Below, in pieces: positions 50,549-61,379 of a stretch of 64,000 nt of DNA. Position 1 is the first letter of the stretch, and each line of letters starts with the position of its first letter. The translations under genes and the position numbers were made by a program. The stretch is from contig JAVBPW010000005.1 of assembly GCA_031549385.1 (NCBI GenBank), forward strand, positions 74,428-138,427. Direction: 5' to 3'. The notes beneath the pieces were generated by a model, which was not told the DNA's origin, searched no databases, and was given only the letters and a program-made list of their open reading frames with translations. The DNA is from Alphaproteobacteria bacterium. GTDB lineage: Bacteria > Pseudomonadota > Alphaproteobacteria > Rs-D84 > SZUA-605.

Positions 50549-52597
50549 TTAAAAAACCTGTTTTAAAATTAAATAAATTTGAGCTAAATCTGTTTGCATA
50601 TATGTTACTGTTAAAACATCTTTATGCTCACTTTGTTTTGCGGATTTTAATACTTCATCAAATGATTTTACAAAAGTTACTATATAATCTTTCAAAGTTT
50701 CATTCTTTAATACCATGGCTTTGATTTTGTCCACTTTTTCTGGTGTAAGAATTTTTGCTAAGTACTTAACAAATATGTCTTTTTGACCATCGTAGTATTT
50801 AGTCCAAATTTCTTCTTTTATTGACGGAGTTAGAAGACGAGCTATATCAACAGATACAGTTTGAAGGTTTTCTAATATTACTCCTGCTTTTTGTGAGAAT
50901 AGGTTGGTTGTTATATTTGATTCAGTTTCTTTGAATTCTTTAATCTTGTTTTGTGCAGCAACTGTTGCTTTTTCTAAGTTGCCTATTTTATCAGTGATTA
51001 AATTTTCAATTTCACTTCCTGTTTTAAGTAATTCTGATGTTTTTTGACCTAAGTCAAGAATTGATGCTTTTGATTCATTTGCAAGAGCTTGTAGGCTTTT
51101 GTGTGCTGTTAAAGTTGTTTGTGTGAATGTTTGGCTTTCTTGTTTTAACTTTTGAGAACCGTCATACAATTCGTTAATAGATGCTTCTGACATGTCTTGT
51201 AAGTTCATTACAACATCTTTTGTGCTTTCAATTGTATTGTTTAAGTTTTCAAATAGGTTTGCAAGATTGTTGATTGCTATTTGAATGTCATCACGTAATG
51301 TTATTACAGAATCTTGAGATTGTTTTGTAATAGCTGGTATCTTTGATATGTTTTGTGCCATGTATTCGATAAATGGTTTTAAGTTTTCTTTTACTTTTAA
51401 CATTTCATTTAAAAGAACTTGAGCTTTTTCAATAGAATTTGATATTGATGATGAAATGTTTACAGAGTCATTTTGTACATGAACTAATATTTCTTTTGAT
51501 TTTGTGTATGTATCTTCAACTGTTTTTGATACAGAGTTGCCTATGTGATTTATTTCTGAATTTACTTCATTAGAGAATTTCAATAGTTCCCCAGTTGCTG
51601 ATCCAATTTGACCTTTTACGTTTTCTACTTGCTTATAGAAATCATTAATATATGAAGTTAGCTTTGAAGTTTGTTTTTCAAGTGAATTTTCAGCAATTGT
51701 TATATATGTTCCAGCATGAGAACTTGCTTGTGCAAGGTTTTGGATTTGTTCTTCTAGGATTTCTTTGAATTCTACTGCTGACTCTCTTGCTTTTTGTGAT
51801 TTCTCAATTAAGAGCTCGTTTTCTTCTGCTACTAATTTATCTAGTGCTGATGTTTCTTCCAATACTTTATGTGAAGTGTTTATTAATTTATTGCAATTTG
51901 TTTCAAATAGTACATTAGCATTAGCATTTGTTGTTACTAAATCTTCTATCTTATTTATAATCATTACACTTTGTGTTTTTGAATTTTCTATGATAGTTTC
52001 TAAACGGAAACTTGCTTCGTTGATTTGATCAACCGTTGTTTTAGCTAAGTTTACTATTTGAGCTGTTTCATCTTCAAATGATGAATTCTTTATTATTGAA
52101 GCTGTTTCATTTAAATTAGATAGTTTTTTATCTAAATTAACTACAAGTTCTGCAATATTTTGTGTTATGTAGTTAGATTTTGTTGCAAGGTCTTGCATTG
52201 TTTTATCTAATGATACACCAATGTTTTGTGTTTTTGTTGTAAGTAATTCAAATGATGAAATGAATTCTTTTTGCTTCTTTGTTAATAGTTCTTCTTCTTT
52301 TGCTATTAATGTATTTAAAACTGATGCAAATCTTTTTCCTTCTATATTGTCAGGATCTTCACTTATAATAGAAAAAAATCTGCTTAGATTGTTTACTTGT
52401 TTGAATACATTAAAATATGAAACCATAAGTACATATAATGCCCATAAAAGAACAATAGGTGATAACTTTAATGCAAAATTTGATATGTCAAAAAAAGGTG
52501 CTGCGAAATTTTCATTATTTATTAAATATATTGTATAACCAATGGTTAATGCTACGAAAATAAACAAAATTATTAGTTTTGAAATGTTCCTCTTCAT
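50549..52597 (-). CDS. TipN-like polar coiled-coil protein
   Basis: Two TM helices, long coiled coil, C-terminal DIARLL...W..Y..G...F...YI..F pattern. Confidence 0.65.
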   Translation of the reverse strand: MKRNISKLIILFIFVALTIGYTIYLINNENFAAPFFDISNFALKLSPIVLLWALYVLMVSYFNVFKQVNNLSRFFSIISEDPDNIEGKRFASVLNTLIAKEEELLTKKQKEFISSFELLTTKTQNIGVSLDKTMQDLATKSNYITQNIAELVVNLDKKLSNLNETASIIKNSSFEDETAQIVNLAKTTVDQINEASFRLETIIENSKTQSVMIINKIEDLVTTNANANVLFETNCNKLINTSHKVLEETSALDKLVAEENELLIEKSQKARESAVEFKEILEEQIQNLAQASSHAGTYITIAENSLEKQTSKLTSYINDFYKQVENVKGQIGSATGELLKFSNEVNSEINHIGNSVSKTVEDTYTKSKEILVHVQNDSVNISSSISNSIEKAQVLLNEMLKVKENLKPFIEYMAQNISKIPAITKQSQDSVITLRDDIQIAINNLANLFENLNNTIESTKDVVMNLQDMSEASINELYDGSQKLKQESQTFTQTTLTAHKSLQALANESKASILDLGQKTSELLKTGSEIENLITDKIGNLEKATVAAQNKIKEFKETESNITTNLFSQKAGVILENLQTVSVDIARLLTPSIKEEIWTKYYDGQKDIFVKYLAKILTPEKVDKIKAMVLKNETLKDYIVTFVKSFDEVLKSAKQSEHKDVLTVTYMQTDLAQIYLILKQVF

Positions 52598-52731
52598 GTT
52601 CCCTGAATCCTTTTTCTCTTTTAATAGCTATATGTATAAAACAAAATACTTGATATGTAAAGATTTTTTAAATTTTTATTTGTAAATTTTTTTTATATTC
52701 TTATAATTTGTTTCTTAAGGAGATAGTACTA

Positions 52732-53358
52732 ATGAAAAAAATTGTATTTTTTGCTTTTTTTGTTCTTATGGCTTGTTCTTTTGCACCTAAGCAATTGGAT
52801 CAATCTATGTGGGATTCATCTTTAAATGGTGCTACATTTAAAGCTATGGATACTGAAGGAAAAATGACTAAGAAAAACCTTTTAAGACAAAATGGTTATT
52901 TGCCGTTGTCTCCTGAGGAAGCTAATGTTTATGTAAGAAATCAAGAAAAGATGTATGCACAAGCTTTGGAGCCGGCTGGAATTATAGTTCAAAGAGCTGG
53001 GCCTGATCTTATATTGGTGGTTTTTGATGAAATAGCTTTTATTGATAATAGATTTATTTTTAAAGATGGTTTTTATAAACAACTTGATTTCATTATAAAA
53101 TCTTTAAAAGAATTTAATAGAAGCTATGTTGGTGTAATAGGATACACAGATGCTTTTGGAGAGGCTGCAGATAATCAAAGATTGTCTGTGCTTAAAGCAA
53201 AAAGTATTGCTTCATATTTGGCTAATAATGGGATTATACCTTATAGAATTTTTGTTGATGGAAAAGGGGAGAATTATCCAATCGCAGACAATAACTCTGT
53301 TCGAGGAAGAAGCTTGAATAAGAGAGTTGAAATAAGAATATCTCCTATATTTGAATAG
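52732..53358 (+). CDS. OmpA-family lipoprotein
   Basis: Lipobox LMAC; GYTDAFG...NQRLS...NKRVEI. Confidence 0.88.
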   Translation: MKKIVFFAFFVLMACSFAPKQLDQSMWDSSLNGATFKAMDTEGKMTKKNLLRQNGYLPLSPEEANVYVRNQEKMYAQALEPAGIIVQRAGPDLILVVFDEIAFIDNRFIFKDGFYKQLDFIIKSLKEFNRSYVGVIGYTDAFGEAADNQRLSVLKAKSIASYLANNGIIPYRIFVDGKGENYPIADNNSVRGRSLNKRVEIRISPIFE

Positions 53359-53371
53359 AGGAAGGAATTTG

Positions 53372-53761
53372 ATGAAAAATATTAAAAAACTTTTAATTGT
53401 TTTTTTACTTTCAGGATGCTTTGGTTTCCAAAAGGGTGATATTAGTAATGCTGATGTTTTCCATTGGGAAAATGATAAAGTAACCATTGGACAATTCGTT
53501 GTTGATCATAAACAATGTCTTGGTGTTTATGGAGCTCCTGCTCAACAAAGTTCTTGGCAAAAAATGCTTTTACCTTTTAAACCTTATACTGTGCCACAAT
53601 GGGATAGTATTTGGGCTACGTTTGAAAATCGTGACACCCAAGAAACTGGTCAGAGAATTGCTTATTCTGTGCCTTCTAATTCTGGATATGCTTCTCCTTC
53701 AAGTTACAGAAAATGTATGATGAAGAGAGATTACTATTTAGTGGAATACTCAAATGAATAA
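53372..53761 (+). CDS. Putative lipoprotein
   Basis: Lipobox LSGC. Confidence 0.7.
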   Translation: MKNIKKLLIVFLLSGCFGFQKGDISNADVFHWENDKVTIGQFVVDHKQCLGVYGAPAQQSSWQKMLLPFKPYTVPQWDSIWATFENRDTQETGQRIAYSVPSNSGYASPSSYRKCMMKRDYYLVEYSNE

Positions 53762-54842
53762 TAGAATTTTATTAACCTATTTTAAAAAGAATAATTCTTC
53801 TTTTTTGGAATTTTTTATTGATTATTGTCTTTATCTTCAAAAGCAAGGTAAGGAAGTTTTTGTTATTACTGATAATGAAATTTTAATTAAACCTTTGAAG
53901 AGATTAAAGATAGATGTAACTTTAATTAAATTACATAAAGCTTTCAAGTTATTCGGTTTTTTTTATGACTTATGTAAATTTTCAAAGTTTTTAAAAGTTA
54001 ATAAAATTAAGAAAGTTCATGCATTTGATGAAGTTGTTTTTAAATATATTTCTTATTTACGTTTCAATAAAAAGCTAAAGTTTTTTGTAACTTATCAGGG
54101 GCAAAATAAATTAGATTTTAATCATAAATATATTACTAAATTTTTTGTTTATTCAGATGTTTTGAAAGAAAAATTACTAACTTTAAAAGTTAATGAAAAA
54201 AAAGTTGTTTTACTTGAGCCTTCAATTAATACTGATAAGTTTAATCTTAAGGCAGTTACAGATGAAAGATTTAGAATATTGTCACTTGCTTGGAATACTG
54301 ATGATAATACTCCTATATTCTTGAGTGTTATGGAAAAATATGGGGAATTTTATCAAAAATTAATGAAATCTGTTACAGAGTTGAAAAAAACTAAAAAAGA
54401 ATTTAAAGTATTTATATTAGTTAAAGATCCTGATTTTTTTAATAAAATAGAAGATGAAAAAAAGAATTTAAATAACTTAAGACTTTCTGATTATATAGGT
54501 TTTGTTTTTAATGATATTGATACTGATTGCGTATTTAAAATTGCTAATTGTTTTATTAATGAAAATAGAGTTATTTATTTTTCTTTTTATAATATGATTG
54601 CTCATGCTTTTGGAAGGTTTGTTATTACTTCTAATAAGGGAGAAGGGGTTAATATTATAGATCAAGATATTACCGGTAAATTCTTTAATATGGATGATTA
54701 TAGTTCTCTTACATCTCAAATGCTTTGGTTCTTGGATAAGAGTAAAAGTGAACGTAATAAAATACAAGATAATATAATAAAAACATTCAAACCTGCTAAG
54801 TTGGATGTGTGTTATAAAAAGATGATGGATGAATATAAATAA
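53754..54842 (+). CDS. Divergent GT4-like glycosyltransferase
   Basis: GT-B layout collinear with 7872-9038, but catalytic motifs eroded. Confidence 0.6.
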   Translation: MNNRILLTYFKKNNSSFLEFFIDYCLYLQKQGKEVFVITDNEILIKPLKRLKIDVTLIKLHKAFKLFGFFYDLCKFSKFLKVNKIKKVHAFDEVVFKYISYLRFNKKLKFFVTYQGQNKLDFNHKYITKFFVYSDVLKEKLLTLKVNEKKVVLLEPSINTDKFNLKAVTDERFRILSLAWNTDDNTPIFLSVMEKYGEFYQKLMKSVTELKKTKKEFKVFILVKDPDFFNKIEDEKKNLNNLRLSDYIGFVFNDIDTDCVFKIANCFINENRVIYFSFYNMIAHAFGRFVITSNKGEGVNIIDQDITGKFFNMDDYSSLTSQMLWFLDKSKSERNKIQDNIIKTFKPAKLDVCYKKMMDEYK

Positions 54843-55273
54843 TGAAAATATTTATTACTTTATTTTTGATTTTTTGTTCTTCTTTTAGTTATGGAGCTAA
54901 AGAGAAAATCAATTTTCCTTTTGTTGCACTTCGATATATTATAGATGGTGATACTTTTAATGCTGAAGTTGAAATGTATGAAGAAATTCTTGTTAGAATA
55001 AATTTAAGAATTCTTGGAATTGATGCTCCAGAAATGGCAGGAGAGTGTGAAGAGGAAATACAAACTGCTCAACTTGCTAAAGAAAAATTAGAAGAAATAT
55101 TAAAAAGTGGGTCTGTAGTTTCTATTAAGAATGTTAAAAAAGATAAATATCCAGGAAGAATTCTGGCTGATGTATATGTTGATGACGAATCTGTGGCTAA
55201 AAAGATGTTGGAAACAGGTTTAGTTAGAAAGTATTATGGGAAAAAACGCCAATCTTGGTGTCATAAAGATTAA
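54842..55273 (+). CDS. Thermonuclease (SNase-like), exported
   Basis: IDGDT, RILGIDAPE, DKYPGRILA. Confidence 0.9.
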   Translation: MKIFITLFLIFCSSFSYGAKEKINFPFVALRYIIDGDTFNAEVEMYEEILVRINLRILGIDAPEMAGECEEEIQTAQLAKEKLEEILKSGSVVSIKNVKKDKYPGRILADVYVDDESVAKKMLETGLVRKYYGKKRQSWCHKD

Positions 55274-55325
55274 TACTACGGTTTGCAAATAACATTTTCA
55301 ACTAATATTATTAACTTTTTGGAAT

Positions 55326-55354
55326 AAAAAAGAGGGAGATTCCCCTCTTTTTTT
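55326..55354. terminator. Bidirectional terminator
   Basis: A6-GAGGG...CCCTC-T7. Confidence 0.75.
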
Positions 55355-55366
55355 ATCAAATTTGAA

Positions 55367-56056
55367 TTATGCAAAGATTATTTTTACAAATTCATCTACT
55401 TTTAATGAAGCGCCGCCTACAAGAACTCCTTCAGATACTCCTAAGATTTCTGTCGCGTTTGAAGATGTTACTGATCCACCATAAAGACATGCTTTGAAAC
55501 CTTGTGAATGTACAAATTCTGTGATTTCTGCTATTTCTTTTATTGTTGGAATTTTACCTGTTCCAATTGACCAACATGGTTCGTATGCTATTACTACATC
55601 CATGCCTGATACAAAGTCTAATTGTTTTTTAAGATCGTTGATGTATTCGCCTTTTTCACGAGATTCTAAATTTTCACCAATACATACAATCGGTGTTATT
55701 CCATGTTCTAAACATAATGTTGTTTTTTCTTTTACTTGTTCGTCTGTTTCATTGTAGATATTTCTTCTTTCTGAATGGCCTATAAGGCAGTATTTGCAAT
55801 TTAAGTCAGCTAGTTGCATTGGAGATACTTCACCTGTGTATGCTCCTTTTACGTGATCTGCACAATTTTGTGCACCTATTTTAAGGTTTGATCCTGCTGT
55901 TGCTTCAATTAATTCGTTAATTAATAGAAAATTTGGAAATAAAATAACGTTTTTATCTTGTATTTCTTCGTTTATTGCAAGAAGACCATCTGTTAAGAAT
56001 GTTGCTTCTTGTTTTGTTAAATTCATTTTCCAGTTTCCTGCGATTATTTTTTTCAT
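55367..56056 (-). CDS. tpiA: Triosephosphate isomerase
   Basis: AGNWKMN, GHSERR, AYEPCWSIGTG, YGGSV, LVGGASL. Confidence 0.97.
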   Translation of the reverse strand: MKKIIAGNWKMNLTKQEATFLTDGLLAINEEIQDKNVILFPNFLLINELIEATAGSNLKIGAQNCADHVKGAYTGEVSPMQLADLNCKYCLIGHSERRNIYNETDEQVKEKTTLCLEHGITPIVCIGENLESREKGEYINDLKKQLDFVSGMDVVIAYEPCWSIGTGKIPTIKEIAEITEFVHSQGFKACLYGGSVTSSNATEILGVSEGVLVGGASLKVDEFVKIIFA

Positions 56057-56202
56057 TTTTTCCTCTTTGTTATTTTTTAAAAGAACCTTTATTATAGTCT
56101 ATTTTTAATAAATGAAAAGCATTTTTTAATATTATTGTTGAATAAGATTGTAAATTATGGTAAAATACCTGGAATTATCTGAATGTTAGGGAAGCATGAT
56201 AT

Positions 56203-57960
56203 ATGATAAAAGATTTTAATTTATGGAAATTTATAATTTCCTATCTTAAGCCATTTAAGATTAGGATATATTTTATTGTTTTGCTTTCAATATTAATGGG
56301 AACTCTTGAAGGATTTGTGTATCCTAAGGTATCTCAATATATAGTTGCTACATTGGAAAACAGTTTTAAGACTAATTTAGAATTATCTTTGTTTATAATT
56401 TTATTCATAATTGCTTTTCGTCCTGTTGTTGGAATGTTGCAAACACCTTTTGATGCATTAGTTTCATATTTGAAGGAAAAATTGATAGTAGATACTAATG
56501 TTAATTTAAGATACGATCTTTTTAGCTATGTAGTTAGACATTCTCATGAATACTATAAAACAAGACTGTCTGGTGCAGTTGCTGATAAAATTGAGAAATC
56601 AATTCAATTTATGACTAGAATAATAGATTTCTTAATAGGATATTTTCCTGAAAGAGTATTTGCTATAATTATGGGAGCTGTTGCTCTTGCTACTGTTAGT
56701 TTTAAACTTATTGTAGTTATAGTATTTGCTTCATGTTTTATTTCTTTTTTTGGATATGTTTATAATAAAAAGTATAGAGAATTATTTAAAGATGTAAATG
56801 AAAAGTCTGTTAAACTTAATGCTGAAATAGTTGATGCATTAGGTAATATTGCAACGGTTAGACAAACTGGACAGGTTGAAGCTGAAGAAGGTTTTTTAAG
56901 TAAAAACTTAGATGGTTTTAAAAAAGCTAGTATTATTGTTTTGAAAAAATCATTTAAATTTGAACTTTTGATAAAATATGCATGGGATATAGCTTATTTA
57001 TTTACTATTGGTGTTGCAGTGTTTATGGCTTATGAAAGTAAAAATGTAAGTGATTATGTTCTTGCTTTTACAGTTGGTGAAAATATGATGCATCATATGA
57101 GATTTTTGGTAAAAGAATTTCAACTCTTTCATAAAACTTCTATAGAATTAAAATCTATATTATCTGATTTGTTAGTGCCACATGATGTTGTTGATGATGT
57201 TGGAGCCTTTGATTTAAAAGTTAGTAAAAGTAAAATTGAATTTATAAATGTTTCCTTTGCTCATAAAGATGGAAAGCATAATATTTTAAATAAGTTTAAT
57301 TTGGTTATACAAGAGGGACAAAAGGTTGCTTTAGTTGGAGAATCTGGTTCTGGAAAGACTACGTTGGCTAATTTAATTGGAAGAGCTTACGATCCTCAAA
57401 CTGGAAAAATAGAGATTGATGGGCAAGATATAAAACGTGTAAAATTAGATAGCTTACATCATGGAGTTGCTTTTATTCCCCAAGACCCTCAAATGTTTAG
57501 AAGAACTGTTAGGGAAAATATTTCTTATGGTTCTAAGAAATCTTCTTTGTCTGATATTGTTAAATCTGCTAAACAAGCTCAAATACATGATTTCATTATG
57601 ACATTACCTTATAAATATGATACGTTAATTGGTGAGAGAGGTATTAATCTTTCTGGTGGACAACGTCAAAGAATTGCTATTGCTCGTGCGTTTTTACAAA
57701 AAACCAAGATACTAATTCTTGATGAAGCTACATCTGCTTTGGATATGCAAACTGAAAAACTTATTAGAAATTCTATGGGGCAGATTTTTAAAGGAAAAAC
57801 TGTTGTTATGATTACTCATCGTTTGGCGTCTGCTCAAAAAATGGATAGAATTATTTCTTTGAAAAATGGTAAGATTGCTGAAGATGGTACTCACTCTTTA
57901 CTATTACGTAGAAAAGGTGTTTATTCTAAACTTTTAAAAGCTGAAAAAAGTAGAGATTAA
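56203..57960 (+). CDS. ABC exporter, fused TMD-ATPase (MsbA-like)
   Basis: GESGSGKT, LSGGQRQR, ILDEATSALD. Confidence 0.92.
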   Translation: MIKDFNLWKFIISYLKPFKIRIYFIVLLSILMGTLEGFVYPKVSQYIVATLENSFKTNLELSLFIILFIIAFRPVVGMLQTPFDALVSYLKEKLIVDTNVNLRYDLFSYVVRHSHEYYKTRLSGAVADKIEKSIQFMTRIIDFLIGYFPERVFAIIMGAVALATVSFKLIVVIVFASCFISFFGYVYNKKYRELFKDVNEKSVKLNAEIVDALGNIATVRQTGQVEAEEGFLSKNLDGFKKASIIVLKKSFKFELLIKYAWDIAYLFTIGVAVFMAYESKNVSDYVLAFTVGENMMHHMRFLVKEFQLFHKTSIELKSILSDLLVPHDVVDDVGAFDLKVSKSKIEFINVSFAHKDGKHNILNKFNLVIQEGQKVALVGESGSGKTTLANLIGRAYDPQTGKIEIDGQDIKRVKLDSLHHGVAFIPQDPQMFRRTVRENISYGSKKSSLSDIVKSAKQAQIHDFIMTLPYKYDTLIGERGINLSGGQRQRIAIARAFLQKTKILILDEATSALDMQTEKLIRNSMGQIFKGKTVVMITHRLASAQKMDRIISLKNGKIAEDGTHSLLLRRKGVYSKLLKAEKSRD

Positions 57961-58055
57961 ATATCTATAAATTTCTTAATTTTTCTCTTGATTGCAGGCA
58001 AAATATTTGCTAAGTTTCGTAATATTAAAGAAAATTACACAGGGAGATACGTTAT

Positions 58056-59492
58056 ATGTTAGATAAATTTAGAGGTTTTGCAGATACTTTAGCTGCTAAA
58101 ATTTTAATGGGATTAATTGCTCTTAGCTTTTTGTCTTGGGGTATTACAGGGTACTTATTCAATGGTGGTGGTAATCCAGTAGTGGCTAAGTTCGGAAATA
58201 CAGATATTAAATTAGCTGTTTTTAATAATGAATATCATCGTCAAGTTTTACAAATTGAACAAATGGTTGGTAATGGATTTAGAATCCCTGATGATATGAA
58301 AGAATCTTTGGTTTATCAAATACTAGATAATATGCAATATCGTATCTTAATGGATCAAAATGCTGAAAATCTTGGGTTTGTTATGACTACTGATGCTATT
58401 TTTGAAGTTATTCAACAACAAGATGAATTTAAAGATGAAAAGGGTGTTTTTTCTTATGATAAATACTATGCTATAATGTCTTATAATAATATTTCTGAAA
58501 AGAATTTCCATTCTGAAATTTCTAAACAAAATGGAAGATTTTTAATTGGTTCTTTATTGAAATCATCTGTTGCTATTCCAGCTTTATATGTTGATTTTAT
58601 TTATGATTTTAATAATCAATCACGTGAAATTAAATATATTAGCGTTGATTTTAATTCTGTAAAAGTACCACCTGTTTCTACAGAAACTTTAAATGTTACT
58701 TATGAACAAAATAAACAAATGTTTGTTACTCCAGAATATAAAAAAATTGAATATATTCAAATATTACCAGAACATGTAAAAGGAAAATTCAGTGCTGAAG
58801 CTTTACTTAAAAAAGCAGAAGAAGTTGAAAATGAAGTTGTTGGTGGAATGGGATTTACTGAAATTGCTAAAAACCAAAGTGTTGAATATGGAAAATTGCC
58901 TTTTTTAACAGTTGGAATGTATGATGAAGCTGGTAAAGAATATTCTGATAAAGTAATTAATAAAGATTTAATGAAAGTTGTGTATGAAATATCAGAAGGT
59001 CAAGAAACTCAATTGATTGCTCATAAAAATGGATATATAATTATGTTTGTATCTTCTGTTAAGCCTGCTGCATTTCTACCTTTAGAAAAGGTTAAAGATA
59101 AAATTGAAAAAATAGCTTTAGAAAATGAAAAAAATAAGCTTGCTTATGTTGAAGCTAATGAAATGTTAAAAAATGCTAAAGAAGGAAATTTAAAAGCTGC
59201 TTCATCTATGAATATAAAGAGAACAGATAAAAATGTTGATGAGCAATTATTATCAAAAGTTTTTTCTGGAAAAGAAGGAGATTGGATAGTTGCTAAAAAT
59301 AAAAATTCTTACATGGTTGCCCAAATTGGTAAAACTAAAACAGGTGCTAAAGATAACGCAGAATTACAAAAAGTTGCAAATTTGTTGAAAGAACAATTGC
59401 CTGATTTAGTGATGCAAGATTATATGAACTATTTGAAGAAAACTTATGGTTCAAAGGTTTATATTAATAGAATCCTTGATTCAATTAATTAA
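58056..59492 (+). CDS. PpiD/SurA-N-domain chaperone
   Basis: MLDKFR...IALSFLSWGI N-terminus typical of PpiD. Confidence 0.8.
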   Translation: MLDKFRGFADTLAAKILMGLIALSFLSWGITGYLFNGGGNPVVAKFGNTDIKLAVFNNEYHRQVLQIEQMVGNGFRIPDDMKESLVYQILDNMQYRILMDQNAENLGFVMTTDAIFEVIQQQDEFKDEKGVFSYDKYYAIMSYNNISEKNFHSEISKQNGRFLIGSLLKSSVAIPALYVDFIYDFNNQSREIKYISVDFNSVKVPPVSTETLNVTYEQNKQMFVTPEYKKIEYIQILPEHVKGKFSAEALLKKAEEVENEVVGGMGFTEIAKNQSVEYGKLPFLTVGMYDEAGKEYSDKVINKDLMKVVYEISEGQETQLIAHKNGYIIMFVSSVKPAAFLPLEKVKDKIEKIALENEKNKLAYVEANEMLKNAKEGNLKAASSMNIKRTDKNVDEQLLSKVFSGKEGDWIVAKNKNSYMVAQIGKTKTGAKDNAELQKVANLLKEQLPDLVMQDYMNYLKKTYGSKVYINRILDSIN

Positions 59493-59507
59493 AATGGAGG
59501 TGGATAA

Positions 59508-59783
59508 ATGAAAAAAACTATAACTAAAATTGAAATTGCTAAACATTTAAGCGAAACAATTGGGTTATCTCTTCTTGATTCAAAGAGAATTGTTAATGAT
59601 GTTTTTGATAAAGTAAAAGAAGGTATACTTTCTGAAGATTCTGTGAAGATTGCTGATTTTGGTACTTTCACAGTTAGAAAGAAAAAAGAAAGAATTGGAA
59701 GAAATCCTAAGACTGGAGTAACAGCGGTGATTTCATCAAGAAAAGTTGTTTCATTTAAACCATCAGATAAATTGAAAAAATAA
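59508..59783 (+). CDS. ihfA: Integration host factor alpha
   Basis: VKIADFGTF...RIGRNPKTG...RKVVSFKPS; ihfA-merR synteny. Confidence 0.85.
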   Translation: MKKTITKIEIAKHLSETIGLSLLDSKRIVNDVFDKVKEGILSEDSVKIADFGTFTVRKKKERIGRNPKTGVTAVISSRKVVSFKPSDKLKK

Positions 59784-60178
59784 TGGAAGAAAAACTATTT
59801 AAATCTATTACAGAAGTATCAACTGAGCTAGATTTGCCTGCTCATGTGCTTCGATTTTGGGAAGATCAATTCTCAGAAATTCGTCCAGTTAGACGTCAAG
59901 GTGGACGCAGATATTATCATGAAAAAGATGTAGAGTCTTTAAGAAAAATTAAAGATATGCTATATCGTCAGGGATATACTATTAAAGGAGCTAAGAAAAT
60001 GTTACGTGCTCCTATATCAAATGCTAATCAGAAAGAAATCAAAGAATTTAAAAAGGTTGTTGTTAAACCTGTTAATGAAAATCCTGAAAATTTAGTCGAA
60101 CTTGTTAAATTAAAAAATTTTATCAAGTCATTAAAATTTGATCTTAAAAATCTTAAGGATATTTTAAGTCAAAATTAA
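59783..60178 (+). CDS. MerR-family regulator
   Basis: HVLRFWEDQF...GGRRYY...GYTIKGA. Confidence 0.9.
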   Translation: MEEKLFKSITEVSTELDLPAHVLRFWEDQFSEIRPVRRQGGRRYYHEKDVESLRKIKDMLYRQGYTIKGAKKMLRAPISNANQKEIKEFKKVVVKPVNENPENLVELVKLKNFIKSLKFDLKNLKDILSQN

Positions 60179-60189
60179 GAGGAAATATT

Positions 60190-61284
60190 ATGAGAAGATT
60201 TATACCTGGATTAATTATATTAATATTAGTCACTATTTGGCTTGCCTTTATTGAAGGAAAACCTATTAAACAAGGAGATAAACCATTTGTTAAAATCGGT
60301 GTTATACTTCCTTTAACAGGTAACTATGCTGAGTTAGCAGAAAATGCTAAAGCTGCTATTGAATTAGCTTTGAACGATTATATACCTAAAAACATTAATG
60401 TGGAAATTTTGTATGAAGATGATGGATATAATGCTGCAAAGGTTGCAACTGCTGCTAATAAGTTAATTAATGTAGATAAGGTTAATGCTATTGTTTCTTG
60501 GTCTGCTATGGCTGGAAATATTGTTGCACCTATTGCAGAACGTAATAGAATAATCCACTTTGGAATTAGTAATGATGTAAATATTGTTAAAGGATTATTT
60601 AATTTTACTCATTTTACATCCTCAGAAGCTCAAGTTGAAAAATTAATGCAGTTGGTAAAGAAAAATAATGTAAAAAGTATGAATCTTCTTGTTGGAAATC
60701 AAAATGGAATTCATCAGACTGCTGATTTATTAGAAAAAGAATTAAAAAAGAAAAAGATTAAAGTTTATAGATTTAACTATAACAATGAAATTCGTAATTT
60801 TAATATGTTGGTTAGTGCTGCTAAGAAGAAAAACGCTGGAATGTGGTATGTTGTTGGAGTTTTACCAAGTTTAGATATTTTAATAAAAACTATTAAAGAT
60901 AAGGGAGTTGATGCTAAATTGACTTCTATTACATCTTTTAGCTTTAGTAATGAAAAATCTTTATTAAAAGATGTTGTTTTTGTTGATACTTATGATGGAG
61001 ATCCTGAATTGTTATCAAGAATTTATGAGAAAACTAGATCAAACAACTATTTTTCACTTGGATTTGTTTATGATTCTATTGGAATTTTAGTTAAAACCTA
61101 TGATCAGCTCTATGAAAAGGAAAAAGTTATAATTCCTGATAATGTTGCTAATAAAATATTGGATATAAAGGATTATAATGGATCAGTTGGAAAGTTGATA
61201 GTTGATAGTGAAGGAATTTTTCAATCAGAAGCTGTGTTTAAAACTATAAATAATGAAGGTCAAATTGAAGTAATTGGAGAATAA
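60190..61284 (+). CDS. LivJ-like ABC substrate-binding protein
   Basis: VKIGVILPLTG...EDD...ANKLINVDKV. Confidence 0.85.
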   Translation: MRRFIPGLIILILVTIWLAFIEGKPIKQGDKPFVKIGVILPLTGNYAELAENAKAAIELALNDYIPKNINVEILYEDDGYNAAKVATAANKLINVDKVNAIVSWSAMAGNIVAPIAERNRIIHFGISNDVNIVKGLFNFTHFTSSEAQVEKLMQLVKKNNVKSMNLLVGNQNGIHQTADLLEKELKKKKIKVYRFNYNNEIRNFNMLVSAAKKKNAGMWYVVGVLPSLDILIKTIKDKGVDAKLTSITSFSFSNEKSLLKDVVFVDTYDGDPELLSRIYEKTRSNNYFSLGFVYDSIGILVKTYDQLYEKEKVIIPDNVANKILDIKDYNGSVGKLIVDSEGIFQSEAVFKTINNEGQIEVIGE

Positions 61285-61379
61285 TTTCCTAAAATCAATA
61301 ATTTAAGTGGCTATAAAAAACCACTTTTTTTTGTTTAAAAAATATGATATAATACTGTTTAAGGGAAAGGAGAACGAAT

